The notes under the pieces are model-generated. The model was not told where the DNA came from and made no database searches. It was given only the letters and a program-made list of their open reading frames with translations. The translations under genes were made by a program, and so were the position numbers. Of a DNA stretch of 64,000 nt, positions 24,805 to 37,991 are shown piece by piece. This DNA comes from Mustelus asterias (taxonomy: Eukaryota): assembly GCF_964213995.1 (NCBI RefSeq), contig NC_135824.1, forward strand, positions 52,700,001 through 52,764,000, read 5' to 3'. Positions within the stretch are counted from its first letter, which is position 1, and each line of letters opens with the position of its first letter.

Positions 24805-24985
24805 AGTTCTTCAACACACCACCCTGCTCTCCTGTCCACATGTCCATCTTTGGTCTTTTGCAATGTCCCAGTGAACCCCAACGCAAACCGAAGGAGCGGC
24901 ACCTCACCTTCCGATTGGGCACATTATAGCCTTCTGAACTGAACATTGAGTTCAACAACTTCAGAACATAAACTCTCCCCTCCAC
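24805..24985 (+). mobile_element. Penelope GIY-YIG C-terminal fragment
   Basis: Degenerate QRK.EE.HL.FRLGTL.PS.LNIEFNNFR-like sequence. Confidence 0.65.
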
Positions 24986-25369
24986 CTTCACCCCATTCCC
25001 ATTTATTTTATTGCATTCAGTTTCTTCTTTTCATCTCATTCACCCATTTTTATCAACCATCTTTCTCACATCCATTTTTCCCTTGATTGTCGAAAATGTC
25101 TTATCTTTTGCACTGATGTGCTGGGCTCCTCCATCACTGAGGCTGGGGATATCTGTGGAGGCTTCTCCTGCAGAGTGTTTACTTAATTGTCCACTGCATA
25201 ACCGGATGACTAGTTAAGCAAAGTTGTTTGGATAATTATTACTCACCAACATTTACTGTGATGAAGCCATTTAAAGTCAATTACACAGTGTGGGGCTTGC
25301 ATTACGCATGCCTGGGTGATACCTTGGTTAACATCCGGCTTTATAGACATGAGCTTGTCCAACCCCTTG

Positions 25370-25760
25370 TAACCCTTAATCCAACAGACCCTCCATATCT
25401 CTGCAACCTCATCCATTTTCTCCGCTAGTTCTATATCCTCCACCAGATTCTACAATCCTCCTTATCTCTGTCTCCACCTGCGACCACTACAACCTTCCCT
25501 ATCTCTGTAACAGCAGCCACGACAGTTCTCCATATCTCTGTGCCCTCTTCCATCCCACGCAGTCTCCCTTATGCATATCGCCTCCTCCAGTCCCTACGAC
25601 TCTCCTTATCTCTACAACCTTCTCAAACCCATCTAACCGTCACTATCTCTGTAATCAGACTCAGACCATTTAAAATTTCATATGTTGGACACATCCATCA
25701 GTCCATACAACTCTCCCTATCAGGGTGACCTCCTCCAGCTGCCAGATCTCTCTGAGAGTT
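25370..25760. repeat. Degenerate CT-rich tandem repeat
   Basis: Recurring ctcc(a/t)tatctctg..cctcctccag..ctacaacc units. Confidence 0.6.
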
Positions 25761-26109
25761 GTGTGACAGCCAATTCTGATCTCTTGAACAGCACCCCCTC
25801 CCCCCGCGCCCTCTAACATTTCGATCTCTCTCCCATTGGCGGTCGTGCCTTCAGATGCAGGAGATTAAGCGCCCGAACTTCTGCCGAATGGGTGGAGAAT
25901 TTACTTTCTCCACCTTTTAAGCGCTCTTTAAAATTTACCTCATTGACCAAATGTTTGTTCAGCTGTCCTAATATGTTCTCTTGTTATTTCATGTTAATCT
26001 GTTCTTTTCACATTCTACGCCCAAAAATATGTTTTGTCCAATTCAGATTAATAGTGTTTGGCATCGTCTGTTCATTCCCGAAAGGAACGCTCATGGATAT
26101 GTAAATAAT

Positions 26110-26812
26110 AGTGCTGCACTGTCTGAGGGTCAGTACTGAGGGAGTCTGCAATGACTGGAAGTCAGTAAAGAGAGAGTTATTGCATTGCTTGAGGATCACT
26201 ACTGAGGGAGTCTGCACTATCTGAGGATCTTAACCGAAAGAGTGCACTGCCTAAGGGTCAGCACTGAGAGAGTCTGTACTGTCAGAGGGTCAGTACTGAG
26301 GGAGTCCGCACTGTCAGAGGGTCAATACTGAGGGGGTCTGCACTGTTTGTGAGACAGTGTTGAGGGGGTCTGCACTGTTTGTGAGTCAGTACTGAGGAAG
26401 TTTGCACTGTCTGAGGGTCAGTACTGAGGGAGTCTGCACTGTCTGAGGGCCAGCACTAAGTGATCTTCACTTCCTGAGGCTCAATACTGAGGGAGACTGC
26501 ACTGTCTGAGGGTCAGTAATGAGGGAGTATGTACTATCTGAGTATCAGTGTAGTGGGGGTGCTGCACAAAGGTCAGTACTGAGAGCCAGTACTGAGAGAG
26601 TGTTGCACTGTCAGAGGGTCAGTACTGAGGGTGTCTGCACTGTCGGATGTTTAGTACTGAGGGAGCCCTGCACTGCCTAATGCTCAGTAATGAGGGAGTA
26701 CTGCACTGTCAGAGGGTCAGTACTGAGGGAGGGCTGTACTGTTTAATGGTGAATACTGAGGGAGTGCTGCATTGTTGGATAGTCAGTATTGAAGGAGCAC
26801 TGCACTGCATTA
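26110..26812. repeat. Degenerate ~30-bp minisatellite array
   Basis: More than 20 imperfect copies of CAGTACTGAGGGAGTCTGCACTGTCWGAGGGT. Confidence 0.9.
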
Positions 26813-27612
26813 GGCCTCCTGTGTTCTCGCGGGAGGGTGTAAACTATTTCTCCTCCTATTGGGAGAACAGCTGGATATGATGTGTCTTTACTATCATCCA
26901 ACTAACGTCACTGAAAACGAATAATCTGGTCATTTCTCTCATTCCTGCACATTCGGATGTGTCTGTGTTCCAATCTGCGACCACGTTTCCAAAATACAGA
27001 AGTCACCAGAAAATTTTCGTTGTTGTCAGGCAGATTATTGGCTGGATCTGTGGAAGGGAAACAGAGTTAACGTCACTATTACAGTTCATGGACAATCCAT
27101 CTGGATATTTAGGTGAAATTTTAACTGTGTTCCTCTCTCCACAGATGCTGTCTCACTTGCTGAGTATTTCCAGCATTTTTTCATCTTTGTTTCAAATTTC
27201 CAGCATCCGCAATGTTTAGATATATTTTCATTATTTGCGAGGACACGGTGGCACAGCGGTTAGCACTGCTGGCTCACAGGGACCCGGGTTCGATTCCCGG
27301 CTTGGGTGACCGTCTGTGTGGAGTTTGCACGTGGTCCCCGTGTCTGCGTGGGTTTCCTCCAGGTGCTCCAGTTTCCTCCCACAGTCCGAAAAGATGTGCA
27401 GGTTAGGTGAACTGGTCATGCTAAATTCTCCCTCAGTGTATCCGGACAGGCGCCGAAGTGTGGCGACTCGGGGATTTTCACGGTAACTTTGTAACAATGT
27501 GAATGTAAGCCTACTTTTGACGAATAAATAAAAACTTTAACTTTTAAACCGGTTTTGAAAATCGCTATGGAAGTGTAGATTCTATCTCTTCTTTCACGTT
27601 ACCAGGCGCTGA

Positions 27613-27651
27613 GGTTTTTGACGGGACATTGCCCCAGATCACACCGCTGTG
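27613..27651 (-). other. 23-RSS of V4
   Basis: CACAGCG (27651-27645), 23 nt, TCAAAAACC (27621-27613). Confidence 0.9.
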
Positions 27652-29205
27652 CAGCACTGGTTGCACAGAAATACACTGCCGTGTCTGCAGGGGCGGATTG
27701 CAGAAGCTTCAGAGTGGACTTTCTATCACCATCACCGGTAATATTAAAACGGGTTTGGTCTTTTTCTTCGTAATGGACCATTCCTCCGATCTGAATGTAC
27801 CCTATCAAAGTCAGGCCCTGGCCAGCGGATTGGCGGTACCACAGTATGGATTGAGGAGTGGTTTGCCGTTCATCGCAGTCAATTTTTGCCAGCTTTCCCT
27901 CGGCTACCACCAGTGTGAGTGGACTTTGGAAAGGCTGCAATCCATGCGCTAGGTCTAAAAGAAAATGGAACGGTTTCATCGAAGGTGCCACAGAGAGTAA
28001 GAGCATTTTCACAATCCGTTCTAAAACATCCCTGGTTCATACAAATCTTTGCAAACAGCCCCTGGTTAACCCTGTCTGTATTTTCATTGTTAATCATTGG
28101 AACAGCCAACATATCCTTGAATCAATTAAATATTAATCGACGCGGATGATCGTCAAATGCATTGACCGAGTCTTGTACGAGTGTCTAAGATGGTTACTTT
28201 AATCTAATTGATTTCCTCGTGGCATACATTGGTACCAGAATATTTTTAAATAAGTTTCCCGCCTGCTCCCCATACCCTTTGATTTCCTGATTAATTCGCA
28301 TCCTTGAATATATTCAGCAATGCAGGATCCGCAATCCCCCAGGTAACAGTATTCCAAAGGCTCCGGAGTGTGGCGACTCGGGGAATTTCACAGTAACCTC
28401 GTTGCAGTGTTAATGTAAGTCTTACTTGTGACTACTAAATAAAATTTTAACGTTAACCTGTCTTTCAATACATTTCTCTCAATTCAGCCCTAACACGCCC
28501 CCTTATCCCCAGTCAATGGCCCCGAGTCCTAAATTTCCTGTCGGAGTAAAATCAATTCCAAGTGTGCATCCCGTTAAATCCCTTCAGAGCAGCATGCGTT
28601 TCGCCAAAGTTGCCTCTCATTCCTCTAAACACCAAAGGCTATAGGTCCAAATCATTCCGTCTCGCAGGGCAGGAAAACTCTGTTATCCCAAGGACAACAA
28701 TCCAGCCAGCCTTCTCTATACTTCCAACAATGACTCCCTGTATATGGAGACTTAACTGCAGGCAGTCTCACCAAAGCCATAGCAAGTCTCAGTTAGTTCT
28801 ATACTCCATTCCCTTACAGTAAACACCAATATCCTTTTTGCCTTCATAGTGCTTGTTGTAACCGATCGCTATATCTCTCTGTTCTTTGTGCGAATACCCT
28901 CAAGTCTCCCTTGAATATGAACATTTCGAAAGCTTGTGTCTTTTTCATGTTTTCTATTATTACAACCCAAGTGAATAAACTCACGTTCTCCGTATTAAAG
29001 TCCCATTCTACACACCTTCGGCTAACTAGCCAGCCAGTGTGTCTTGGTCGCCTCGTCACAGGTTACATTACCTCCTGACTTTATATGGTCAGAAAACATG
29101 GATACATTTCTCTCCGTCTCTTCGCCCTCTATTAATATAATCGTACGCAGGATACTTACACGGCCGGGAAATTATTAAAGTAAAAGCGATACAATATATT
29201 TGCAT
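27652..29205 (-). CDS. TRBV: TCR beta V segment V4, LIGY/CATS group. Leader 29205-29160, V exon 27954-27652
   Basis: Candidate leader MQIYCIAFTLIISRP followed by GTAAGT (46 nt, phase 1); acceptor TTCTTTTAG. V exon LQPFQSP...IDCDE...ILWYRQ...LIGY...RF...DTAVYFCATSA. Confidence 0.85.
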
Positions 29206-30314
29206 ATTTGGATGGGACGTGCCAAAGCTGATCATTGCAATGTCCTCACGCCAAGTGACTCCGATTCTAACTGAACGTGAGTGTAGGTACACAGTCCTGC
29301 CCCCGGAAATGACATTCTTCCGGATGACGTAGCCACGTTGACGCCATCATAAAACAAACGCACAATAACTGAGGATGTACTGGTGGACCGGTGTGGACCG
29401 GCACGTGGACCGGTTTCTGTGCGTTATCCTGGCATTTTAAAATATGTTGACATTTGTCTTGGGCTCAGGTCCACATTGCACTGTAGACCAGCAATAAACC
29501 ACAGTCTATGCTCTACATAAAACAAAAAAGCTAACGCAAAGTGTCTGAAAAATTGCGCAACAGCGTTCGCCAAAACTATTTGAACACAGATTCATAGAAT
29601 CCTACAGTGCAAAAGGAGGCCATTTGGCCCATTGAGTCTGCACTAACCACAATCCCTCCCAGGCCCTATCGCCATAACCCCATGCATTTACCCTAATTTG
29701 TCCCCTTGAAACTCAGGGCCAATTTATCATGGCCCATCCACCTAACCTGAACTGTGGGAGGAAATCGGGGCACCTGGAGGAAACTCACGCAGACACGGGG
29801 AGAATGTGCAAACTCCACAGACAGTGACCCAAGCCGGGAATCGAATCCGGGTCCCTGGTGCTGCGAGGCAGCAGCGGTAACCACCGTGCCACCCGAAGTG
29901 CATTGAACTTCGAGACAGAGGGCCGCGTGTTTAAGTCCCACCCCAAATACTGGAATACATCTGCATACAAATGTTGAGGCAGACAATGCAGCGTAGTGCT
30001 ATGGTTTGCTGAACTGTGTATGAGAAAGTTTGGTGGGAGTGCAGTGCTGAGGTGTCACTCCCTACGTACCAAAATGTCCAGTCAAATGTTTTCACCTTTA
30101 ATGAACACGAGTAAAGAGTTGTTCTATGTGGGATCTTACTGCGCAAACACGTAGCGCAATCTCTTAGATTGCAGAAATGAGTACACTTCAACAGAGATGA
30201 TGCCTTGGCTGTGATAACCGTGGCGTTGAACCAGTGTCACACAAACTCCCGACTACATTCGTTCAGGAAGTTGCACAGGTGTTGACCTAAGAATGACGCA
30301 GAGGGCGTTAAGAA

Positions 30315-30498
30315 GATTTTTGTGTGAGCTTGTGGTAGCTTTGTACCGTTGTGCTTTAGTTGCGGCGCAGAAATAGGTCGCAGAGTCTGTCAGGCTGGGA
30401 CTGTTCAGTTGCAGGGTGAGGTTGTTGCTCCCAGCATCAAGTTGGGTGGCGAAACGCGGCTGGAAATCGGGCCCACAGCCACCGTATCCGCTGCAAAT
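30315..30498 (-). pseudogene. TRBV: 5'-deleted V segment Va1 (Cx5C group), RSS retained
   Basis: Only ICSGYGGC...DSATYFCAATK remains; leader and FR1-FR2 are missing relative to the 46.2-46.8 kb paralog. RSS: CACAACG (30353-30347), 23 nt, ACAAAAATC (30323-30315). Confidence 0.9.
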
Positions 30499-31759
30499 AG
30501 AACTGCGCCTGAAGATCGGCCAAGCAATCGTGTGCCTGGGCCACACAGGTCAGCAGTTTGAGCACATAAGGACCATATCATATGCTTCTGCTTGTTATTT
30601 TGCGAAATCGTGGGTCAGCACAGAAGGCGATCTCCGAAATTAGAGGGTCACTTCCGGCCTGGCAGTGTAAGCAATGTTTGTCTCTCAATGTATCGCTCGG
30701 AAGGAAAATATTAGCTGGGCTTTGCATTGGGTAATTTTGGGATCTTCCTCTGCAGATGCAGGCTGCCGCCCTTCCTTCACTACAGTGTTGTATGAACTTT
30801 TTAAACATAGCAGCAAAGCACATAGAGCAGAGAAAGTGCACGAGCTTCTTGCTTGATGCAGAGAGGTATTGAACACAAAAGCGGGAGATTGCAAAAAAAT
30901 CTTTCTAAAGTTCTCATTGGCCAATATCTAGATTATTGTGTCCAGTTCCGGTCGCCAGAATTTAGGACGGATGTCAGAGTCTTTGAGAAGACGTAGAGGG
31001 GATTTATAACAATTGTTCCGGGATGAGGAAATTTCACTACAAAGTTAAGTTGGAGAATCTCGGATTGCTGTCCTTGGAATGAAGGGGATTGAAGAGAGAT
31101 CTGACCAAAATGAGGACAGGTTAAGATACGATCGACAAAGGAAACGTACTCCCGGGTTAGGTGGATTGGCCGAGCAAAATTGTCCCTTAATGTCAGGGAG
31201 ACTAGCTAGGGCAAATGTATGCGGTTATGGGGATAAGGCCTGGGTGGGATTGTGGTGAGTGCAGACTCGATGGGCCGAATGACCCACTTCTGCACTATAG
31301 GATTCTATGATTCAATGTTCTATGATTAGCTGATGGTTCGAAAACGCGGGAACGCAGATGCAACACTTTTTTTTTGCGAGGGGGCAGTTACAGCGGGAAT
31401 ATGAGGAGAAATGCTATGGCGCAGCGGATGGTAATGGGTTGGAACACGCGGCCTCCAGGGTGGTTGACACTGAGGCAATCAACTCAAAAGAAATCGAGTG
31501 AACACTGAAGGGGAGTACAATGCAGAGCTACAGGGATATAGCGGGGGAATGGATCTAATGAGATTGTTCTGGAGAGCCAGTGTAGATTTGATGGGAGAAA
31601 TAGTCGCCTTTTGTGCCGGAATGACCTGTGATTAGCTCGCTACAAAGATGAGCCGTCTTGGAAAGGTAACGTTTCTACACAAATAGAATCTCGCTCATTC
31701 TCTTACTGAGCTTTGCATATCACGCCGGTGGGTTTCAGCGCATCTGGGAATGGTGCGGA

Positions 31760-31798
31760 CGTTTTTGTATCAGTCTACAGCAGGGCTGTGCCTCTGTG
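31760..31798 (-). other. 23-RSS of Vb1
   Basis: CACAGAG (31798-31792), 23 nt, ACAAAAACG (31768-31760). Confidence 0.9.
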
Positions 31799-33297
31799 TT
31801 AACTAGCTGCGCAGTAATAGGTTGCCGAGTCTGTCAGCTTGGAGTCTCCCAGCTGGAGGCTAAAGTGGTTTTTGTTGGGGTCGTGTTGCACCGTGAAGCG
31901 CTGCTCAAAAGCTGTGTCACAGCTGCCGGATTCACGGCACATCCACTCTATTGTCTTCCCCTGCTGCCTGTACCAATGCATTGTGTAGCTGCTCATGCTG
32001 GCTCCCTCCAACCTGCAGCTCAAATCGAGAGGCTGTTCCTGTAAAATAGCGGCCGCGGCTGGAGACTGGAGCACAGTGGGTGCAGCCCAAACCCCTGGAA
32101 TAAATTTTAAGGACAAATAGATTAGAAGCAGATCTTTAAAACGTTAACAGGCAATTGTAGAATTTGTCAGTAGAGAAGGAGACGATTCGGCCAATAACAT
32201 CGACAAGAACTGCCTATTAGGACTGTGGGCCTAATGGCTACAGGACGATAAGATCATAAGACATAGGAGCAGAATTGGGCCAGTCTGCCCATCGTGTGTG
32301 CTCCGCCATTCAACCGTGACTGTTATTTTTCTCATCCCCATTCTCCTGCCTTTTCCCCATAACCCCTGATCCCCTTATTAATCAAGAACCTGAACCCTCG
32401 GGACACGGGAGCAAATCCTAGCACGTCAGTTTTTTTTCGGAACTTCAATGAATAAATATTATTCACTTCAAATATATATGGAAAGGAAAGATAGTCTCAA
32501 TAATTGTTGCCATTCGAGGATTGGTGATTGTTGATAGAAACTATTTTGTTCCCGCTGAGTCGGAAATGCAGCCAGCATAATCAAGGACCCCACGCAGCAC
32601 GGACATACACTCTTCCACCGTCTTCCGTCGGGAAAAATATACAAAAGCCTGAAAACACTCACCAACAGACTCAAGAACATTTTTTTCCATGCGATCATCA
32701 GACTTTTTTGAATGGTCCTATCATATATCAAGCTGATCTTTCTCTTCATCCTACCTGTAACTGCAACATTATATTCTGAGCATGTTCCTTTCCTTGTCCC
32801 CTATGTACTCTACGAACGATATGTTTTGTCTGTATGGCGCGAAATATTGTAACCCAATATATGTTACAATAATAATCAAATCAAACCAATGCTCCTTAGG
32901 GAAGGAAATCTACCGGCCTCACCTGGCCGGGCCTGCATGTGACTCTGGATCCAGGATATTTGATCCTACTCCTCTCAAGACAAGTTGGGATGGGCAACAA
33001 TCGCCTGCATGGCGAGCGGCAACCGAATTCCATGAAATCATTTAAAAGGCCAATTACGTTAATTTGCCGCAGTTCTGACCCAATGCCCTCCGAATCCGCC
33101 CCTTCCACACCTGTGAGCATTGATGCAATTTCGTTTCGAAAACTTATATGGAACATGCGACCCATTTGAGCATAATTTCTATTCCCCGCTTCCACTGTTG
33201 GTAAAAAAATAGATTTCGCCAAACAGCACTTACAACCAATCCAGTGTCCGAGAGAAAAGGTGACCAAGATTGTGGCAGTTTCGGCTGAGATTGCCAT
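31799..33297 (-). CDS. TRBV: V segment Vb1, Cx5C short-CDR2 group. Leader 33297-33234, V exon 32094-31799
   Basis: Leader MAISAETATILVTFSLGHWIG followed by GTAAGT. V exon VWAAPTVLQSP...LSCRLEG...SYTMHWYRQ...EWMCRESGSC...RF...DSATYYCAAS, then TAA immediately before the heptamer. Confidence 0.85.
32548..32885 (+). mobile_element. Rex/Babar-like LINE 3' fragment in the Vb intron; paralog at ~48960-49300
   Basis: AASIIKDPT.HGHTLFH.LPSGK.YKSLKT.TNRLKN.FF. Confidence 0.75.
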
Positions 33298-35396
33298 CGC
33301 CTTTCTCAGGAGCTGAGGAACAGAGGCACTTAACGATAAGACGGCGCTTGTGAAATTACTCGTCTGGCATTACAAATGCCACAAGTTATGACGAACTGAA
33401 CCGAATACTTGGTTGGCCAATCATGTGGCTGAATAACACAATGTCGGCAAATAGAACACACGGGGATCATTTCCGCTGGGAGCACTGTTTTTTTGCAAGT
33501 TTTTCCAAGTCCCCCTTCCCTGCTTTTTCTCGCTCCTTACATCATTCCTTGTCTTCCTTTCTCCTCCTTTCCACCTACTATTGCCTTATTGATCATCGTT
33601 CAGAGATGAATCCATTCAGTAGTACATGAGCATGCGTGGCGCAGCATTGCCATCTGTTGCTTTAGAGGCTGTGTGAGGCTGAGGAAACACAGCACACCAA
33701 TCTCGCAATTGTTACGTTCAGAGCACGTCTACGGGCAGTGCATCTGTCGGGTGAATGCACTTGCATCTTTATCCAGCAATTCTTTTTGTTCTGCGATTGA
33801 CACTTACTCGGATTGCCAAGGAGTTCTCCCACAGGAAACATGTGTTATGCTTTGGAAAGGCCGTATTGCTCTGGCAAACGTATTTAAGAACGGAGGGAGA
33901 TAGACAACAGGGGACCACAGGCCAGTTAGCCTGACACCTGTTATTGGATAAATCCTGCGATTTACAGAAACATAATGGCATCAAGCAGCGTCTGCGCGGT
34001 TTTGTAAAACAAAGTTTCGTTTGACAAATGTATGAGTTATTTGAGGATGTGAGGACGAGCAAAGTGGATAAAGGGCAACCACTAGACGTAGGGTGTTTTG
34101 ATTTCGAAAAGTAATTTCATAGGTGCCGCAAATAAAATGTCTGAACAGCAGAACAGCTCATGTTGTTATTTACTTTCTCTCTGCTGCGTTTATTTATTTC
34201 TTTATCCGTCTTAATTATCTTTCGTTGCAGCTGAACGGGAACAATGCAGGGTCCTGCCATGAGCACTTACTTTCGACGTAGATTCGGTTTAATTATTTGT
34301 GCAGTTGTCACAAGTGGGGAGGCGATGGCCTGGTGGTATTTTCGCAAGACTCTTCATCCAGAAACTCAGCGAATGTTCTGGTGGACCCGGGCTCGAATCC
34401 CGCCACAGCACAATTTGAATTCACTAAACAAATCTACTGATGGCCATGAAACCATTGTCGATTGTCGGAAAACCCACCTGGTTCACTAATGTCCTTTAGG
34501 GAAGGAAATTTACCTTTCTGACATTTAAGTGACTCCAGAGCCATATGGTGGACTCTCCAAAGCCCTCCAAGGACACCTGTAAATGCTGACCCAGCCAGCG
34601 ACGCCCATGTCCCACGAATAAATAAAAAAAATCCGCTCGCCCTGCCAAAGCGCCAAATGTATTATTTAACCGCTCCGACCCCTATATTGCCTTTTCCCAC
34701 CCATGCCCCGCTTCACTGGCTCAAAACCTATTCCAGCTCTAACATTTCCCAGCGTGTTTTTGAAACTCAAGCTATCTTTGATCTGGAGCCCGGGTTTCAA
34801 ACCCGGAGGGTATCGGAAATTTCGAGCATGCGGATAATGGTTGTGAACTGCGCATGCGTAGAGCCGCTTTCTAACTTTCTTTGGGGACCGGTGCACCTTT
34901 GTATAACAATGAACCGTGCGGAGATGGGGCAGGGAGAGAGCCCAAAACAAAGTCCCAGGTAGGGATAGAGACTGGGGATAGAAACAGATCCTGACGAAGC
35001 TACAGCAAAACGAAGGAGCAGAGAAACAGCTATGAGTAACAGCTTTTAAGGGACGTGGGCTTGAAAGAAGCTCGGATGATCAAAGATTAATCAAGAGAAG
35101 GTCTGAAGGTCCAACAGGTAGCTGAAGTTTGATTACTCCATTGGGGCAGATGTAACCCTTTTTGGAGAAGTTGTGTTTTGCTTGGCACAGCGGAAGATCA
35201 GGATCTGGGGTGTGAAATTGGTGTTTGAGTGTAGACTGGCGAATTCACTGGAATGGAATCTTGAGTTGGGATTGAAACCTGCAAAACGAATTGTCCTTGA
35301 AGCTGCCCAAATGCGAGCGAATCTTGGAGAGAATGCCCAAGGCAAGATCTTCAAATGTGTAGATTGGGAGCCGACACGAGAGAAGCTGACGATGAG

Positions 35397-35749
35397 GGCG
35401 GCACGGTAGCACAGTGGTTAGCACTGCTGCTTCACAGCTCCAGGGTCCCGGGTTCGATTCCCGGCTCGGGTCACTGTCTGTGTGGAGTTTGCACATTCTC
35501 CTCGTGTCTGCGTGGGTTTCCTCCGGGTGCTCCGGTTTCCTCCCACAGTCCAAAGATGTGCGGGTTAGGTTGATTGGCCAGGTTAAAAATTGCCCCTTAG
35601 AGTCCTGGGATGTGTAGGTTAGAGGGATTAGCGGGTAAATATGTGGGGGTAGGGCCTGGGTGGGATTGTGGTCGGTGCAGACTCGATGGGCCGAATGGCC
35701 TCCTTCTGCACTGTATGGTTTCTATGATTTCTATGATTCTTTCTATGAG
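35397..35749 (+). mobile_element. HE1-like V-SINE present only in unit 1
   Basis: Flanked by ATGAG (35392-35396 / 35745-35749); empty site at ~51795 in unit 2. Confidence 0.92.
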
Positions 35750-37952
35750 TGAGATTGGTTGGCTCGCCGTGCTTACTGATGTCTTGGTGGTTTGTTGAGA
35801 AATCCACGAACACTGTCTTGGTCGCATCGGCTATTTATGGTATAGGTGTGGAGTTCGACAACAGTTGACAATAAACTGTCAACACCGAGGGTCAGCCCAC
35901 CATGCTCAATCAACCCAACTCGCAAATCCCCGGAACACGGGAGAAAACCATTCGCGTGTATCTAATGTGTCTCCCCACTGCAGGCGTATGGAACATAAAT
36001 TGTAATTTTTAAAATCCCTTTGTCCATATGCAGTAACGTTTAATTTTGCAGTTTAAACACCACGGGATCTTTGTGACTTTATTCACTGAGCAAATGCCTT
36101 GAATGTCAAACCTTGTCTACTTTAAACTCAACGTCATTGATCTCTGACTAATAGCCTGGTGGTCTGGCCAATGATTGTAACAAGCTGTACAGAGGAAATA
36201 GAGGCAGGAGAATGCAATTTGTCTCTCTGAGTATCCCCTGCCATTCCATAAGATAGCAATTGAGAATTCACCATATTGGCATGGAGTTTGAGTCATACGA
36301 AGGCCAAAATAGGCAAAATAGACTTTCCTCCGTAAGTAACATTATTGGACCAGACAGGTATTTCACAAACCAATAATAGAATAATAAACATTACTGAAAT
36401 TACCATTATTATGTAGGTTTAAACAATGGAATTCAAATTTGACCAATAGCCTTGGAGGATTTAAACCCTAGTCCACCAGAGGATTAGTCTGGGTCTCTGG
36501 ATTGCCAGACCAGTGATATTATCATCCCACCATCACCTCAAGGTTGCCGCACTGATTACAGGTATGATAGACTTCAGATGTGTGAATGGCCTTGTTATTT
36601 TTACAGAAGAAAATGTCGAGTGGATACTTGAGGAAATTGTTCAGAAGTGGACAGACTGGATCAGAAGATATTATATCCCCCAAGTTCAAGGGCTATTCGG
36701 GATGGAAAACAGTCGCCCATATCCCATCAAAGAATCAACCTGTACCATCTCCAATGCCTTCATATCTTTTTCAACCTGTTTGCCCAAGATTGGACAGAGC
36801 AGTCCAAAAGAAGCCAAAAATCTTCTAGATATTACTTATTACTTGTCTGGACAATCAGTTCCTTTGTCGTTAAACGGAAGAATAGGTCGAACTTTTTGGA
36901 AATTGTGCTTTTAAGACATTTGAGTACCAGCGGAGGTTTCCGGTTGGTTTGTTTATCATTAACCTGGAACCTCTCCTCAGTAGCGCTCGTTACACGCATT
37001 GAGACTTCAACCAATATGCTTCTGGCCAGGAGTGTAAATGATACCAACTGAGCCACGGTTGACCCTCAGAGTTAGCAATGTATAGGATTAATGGGCATTC
37101 CAACGTCCATTTGCAAGCACGGCCGGGTGCCGGGTGATTTGATAGAAGCTCCCCATTCTTCCAAGAAGGAGGCCACGAGATCCATCGTTCCCGAATTATC
37201 CATTCTCCCTTATTACTTTTCTGAAAAGTAACTGCTTATGGAATCATAGAATTACAGAATCCCTACAGTGCAGAAGGAGGGCATTCAGCCCATCAGTTCT
37301 GCACCGACCACAATCCCACCCAGACCCTATCCCCATAACCCCATGCATTTACCCTAGCGAGTCCCCCTGACACTAAGGGGCAATTGAGCATGGCCAATCC
37401 ACCTAACCCGCACACTTTTGGACTTCACGATGTATCTGATTCAATAGTGAACGCGAGTGTTAATTTCACGCAGTAGAGTTACATCAAAACCATACCTTTC
37501 CTAATAAAAGACCCTCATTATTGTAAATAACTTTCGTTCTTATATTTTCCCTGCTTTGGGAAAAGCAATCCCAGTTCCGCTAGTCTCTCCATGTAACGAA
37601 AGATGCTTCACGCTGGTACCTTTCTGATCAATACCCCTTACTTTAAGCAGAATAATTGCATCTTCTCATATCTAACCAGCTAACTGACATGACTGGTAAC
37701 ATTCCGGGAAATCTCTTCTGCTCTTCTACTCTTTCTGTCGTTCCTTCCTAGTTTGTTAAATTCTGGCTTGCTTTCGTTCTTTCTTTCTATTTTTCGTCCA
37801 CACTTCCCTGCACTGCTTCTTTCTTTCAATCTTTCCAGCTTTAATCTGTCGTTTTCACTCTCTCCTTGTTAAAAGGGCACGCAGTCTGTAAAATAAACCC
37901 ACACTGACGCAATGGTTTCATTCACAAGTGTTTCCTGTTGCCTTTGTTCAAC

Positions 37953-37991
37953 AGTTTTTGTTGAACTGTTCCATCTCTCTGAGTCACTGTG
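37953..37991 (-). other. 23-RSS of Vc1
   Basis: CACAGTG (37991-37985), 23 nt, ACAAAAACT (37961-37953). Confidence 0.94.

Noticed and set aside
26110-26812. CRISPR-like array
   Set aside because: Contiguous degenerate tandem units with no unique spacers, in eukaryotic DNA.
20723-29345. TRBV promoter CRE decamer (TGACG half-sites upstream of V3 and V4)
   Set aside because: Only half-sites; no AGTGAYRTCA match and not consistent across V genes.
29500-29530. Plus-strand CACAGTC...ACAAAAAAG, RSS-like
   Set aside because: Spacing is 15 bp and there is no adjacent coding segment.
31784-31790. Second heptamer-like CACAGCC within the Vb spacer (possible dual 12/23 RSS)
   Set aside because: It is 15 bp from the nonamer, so neither a 12 nor a 23 spacer.
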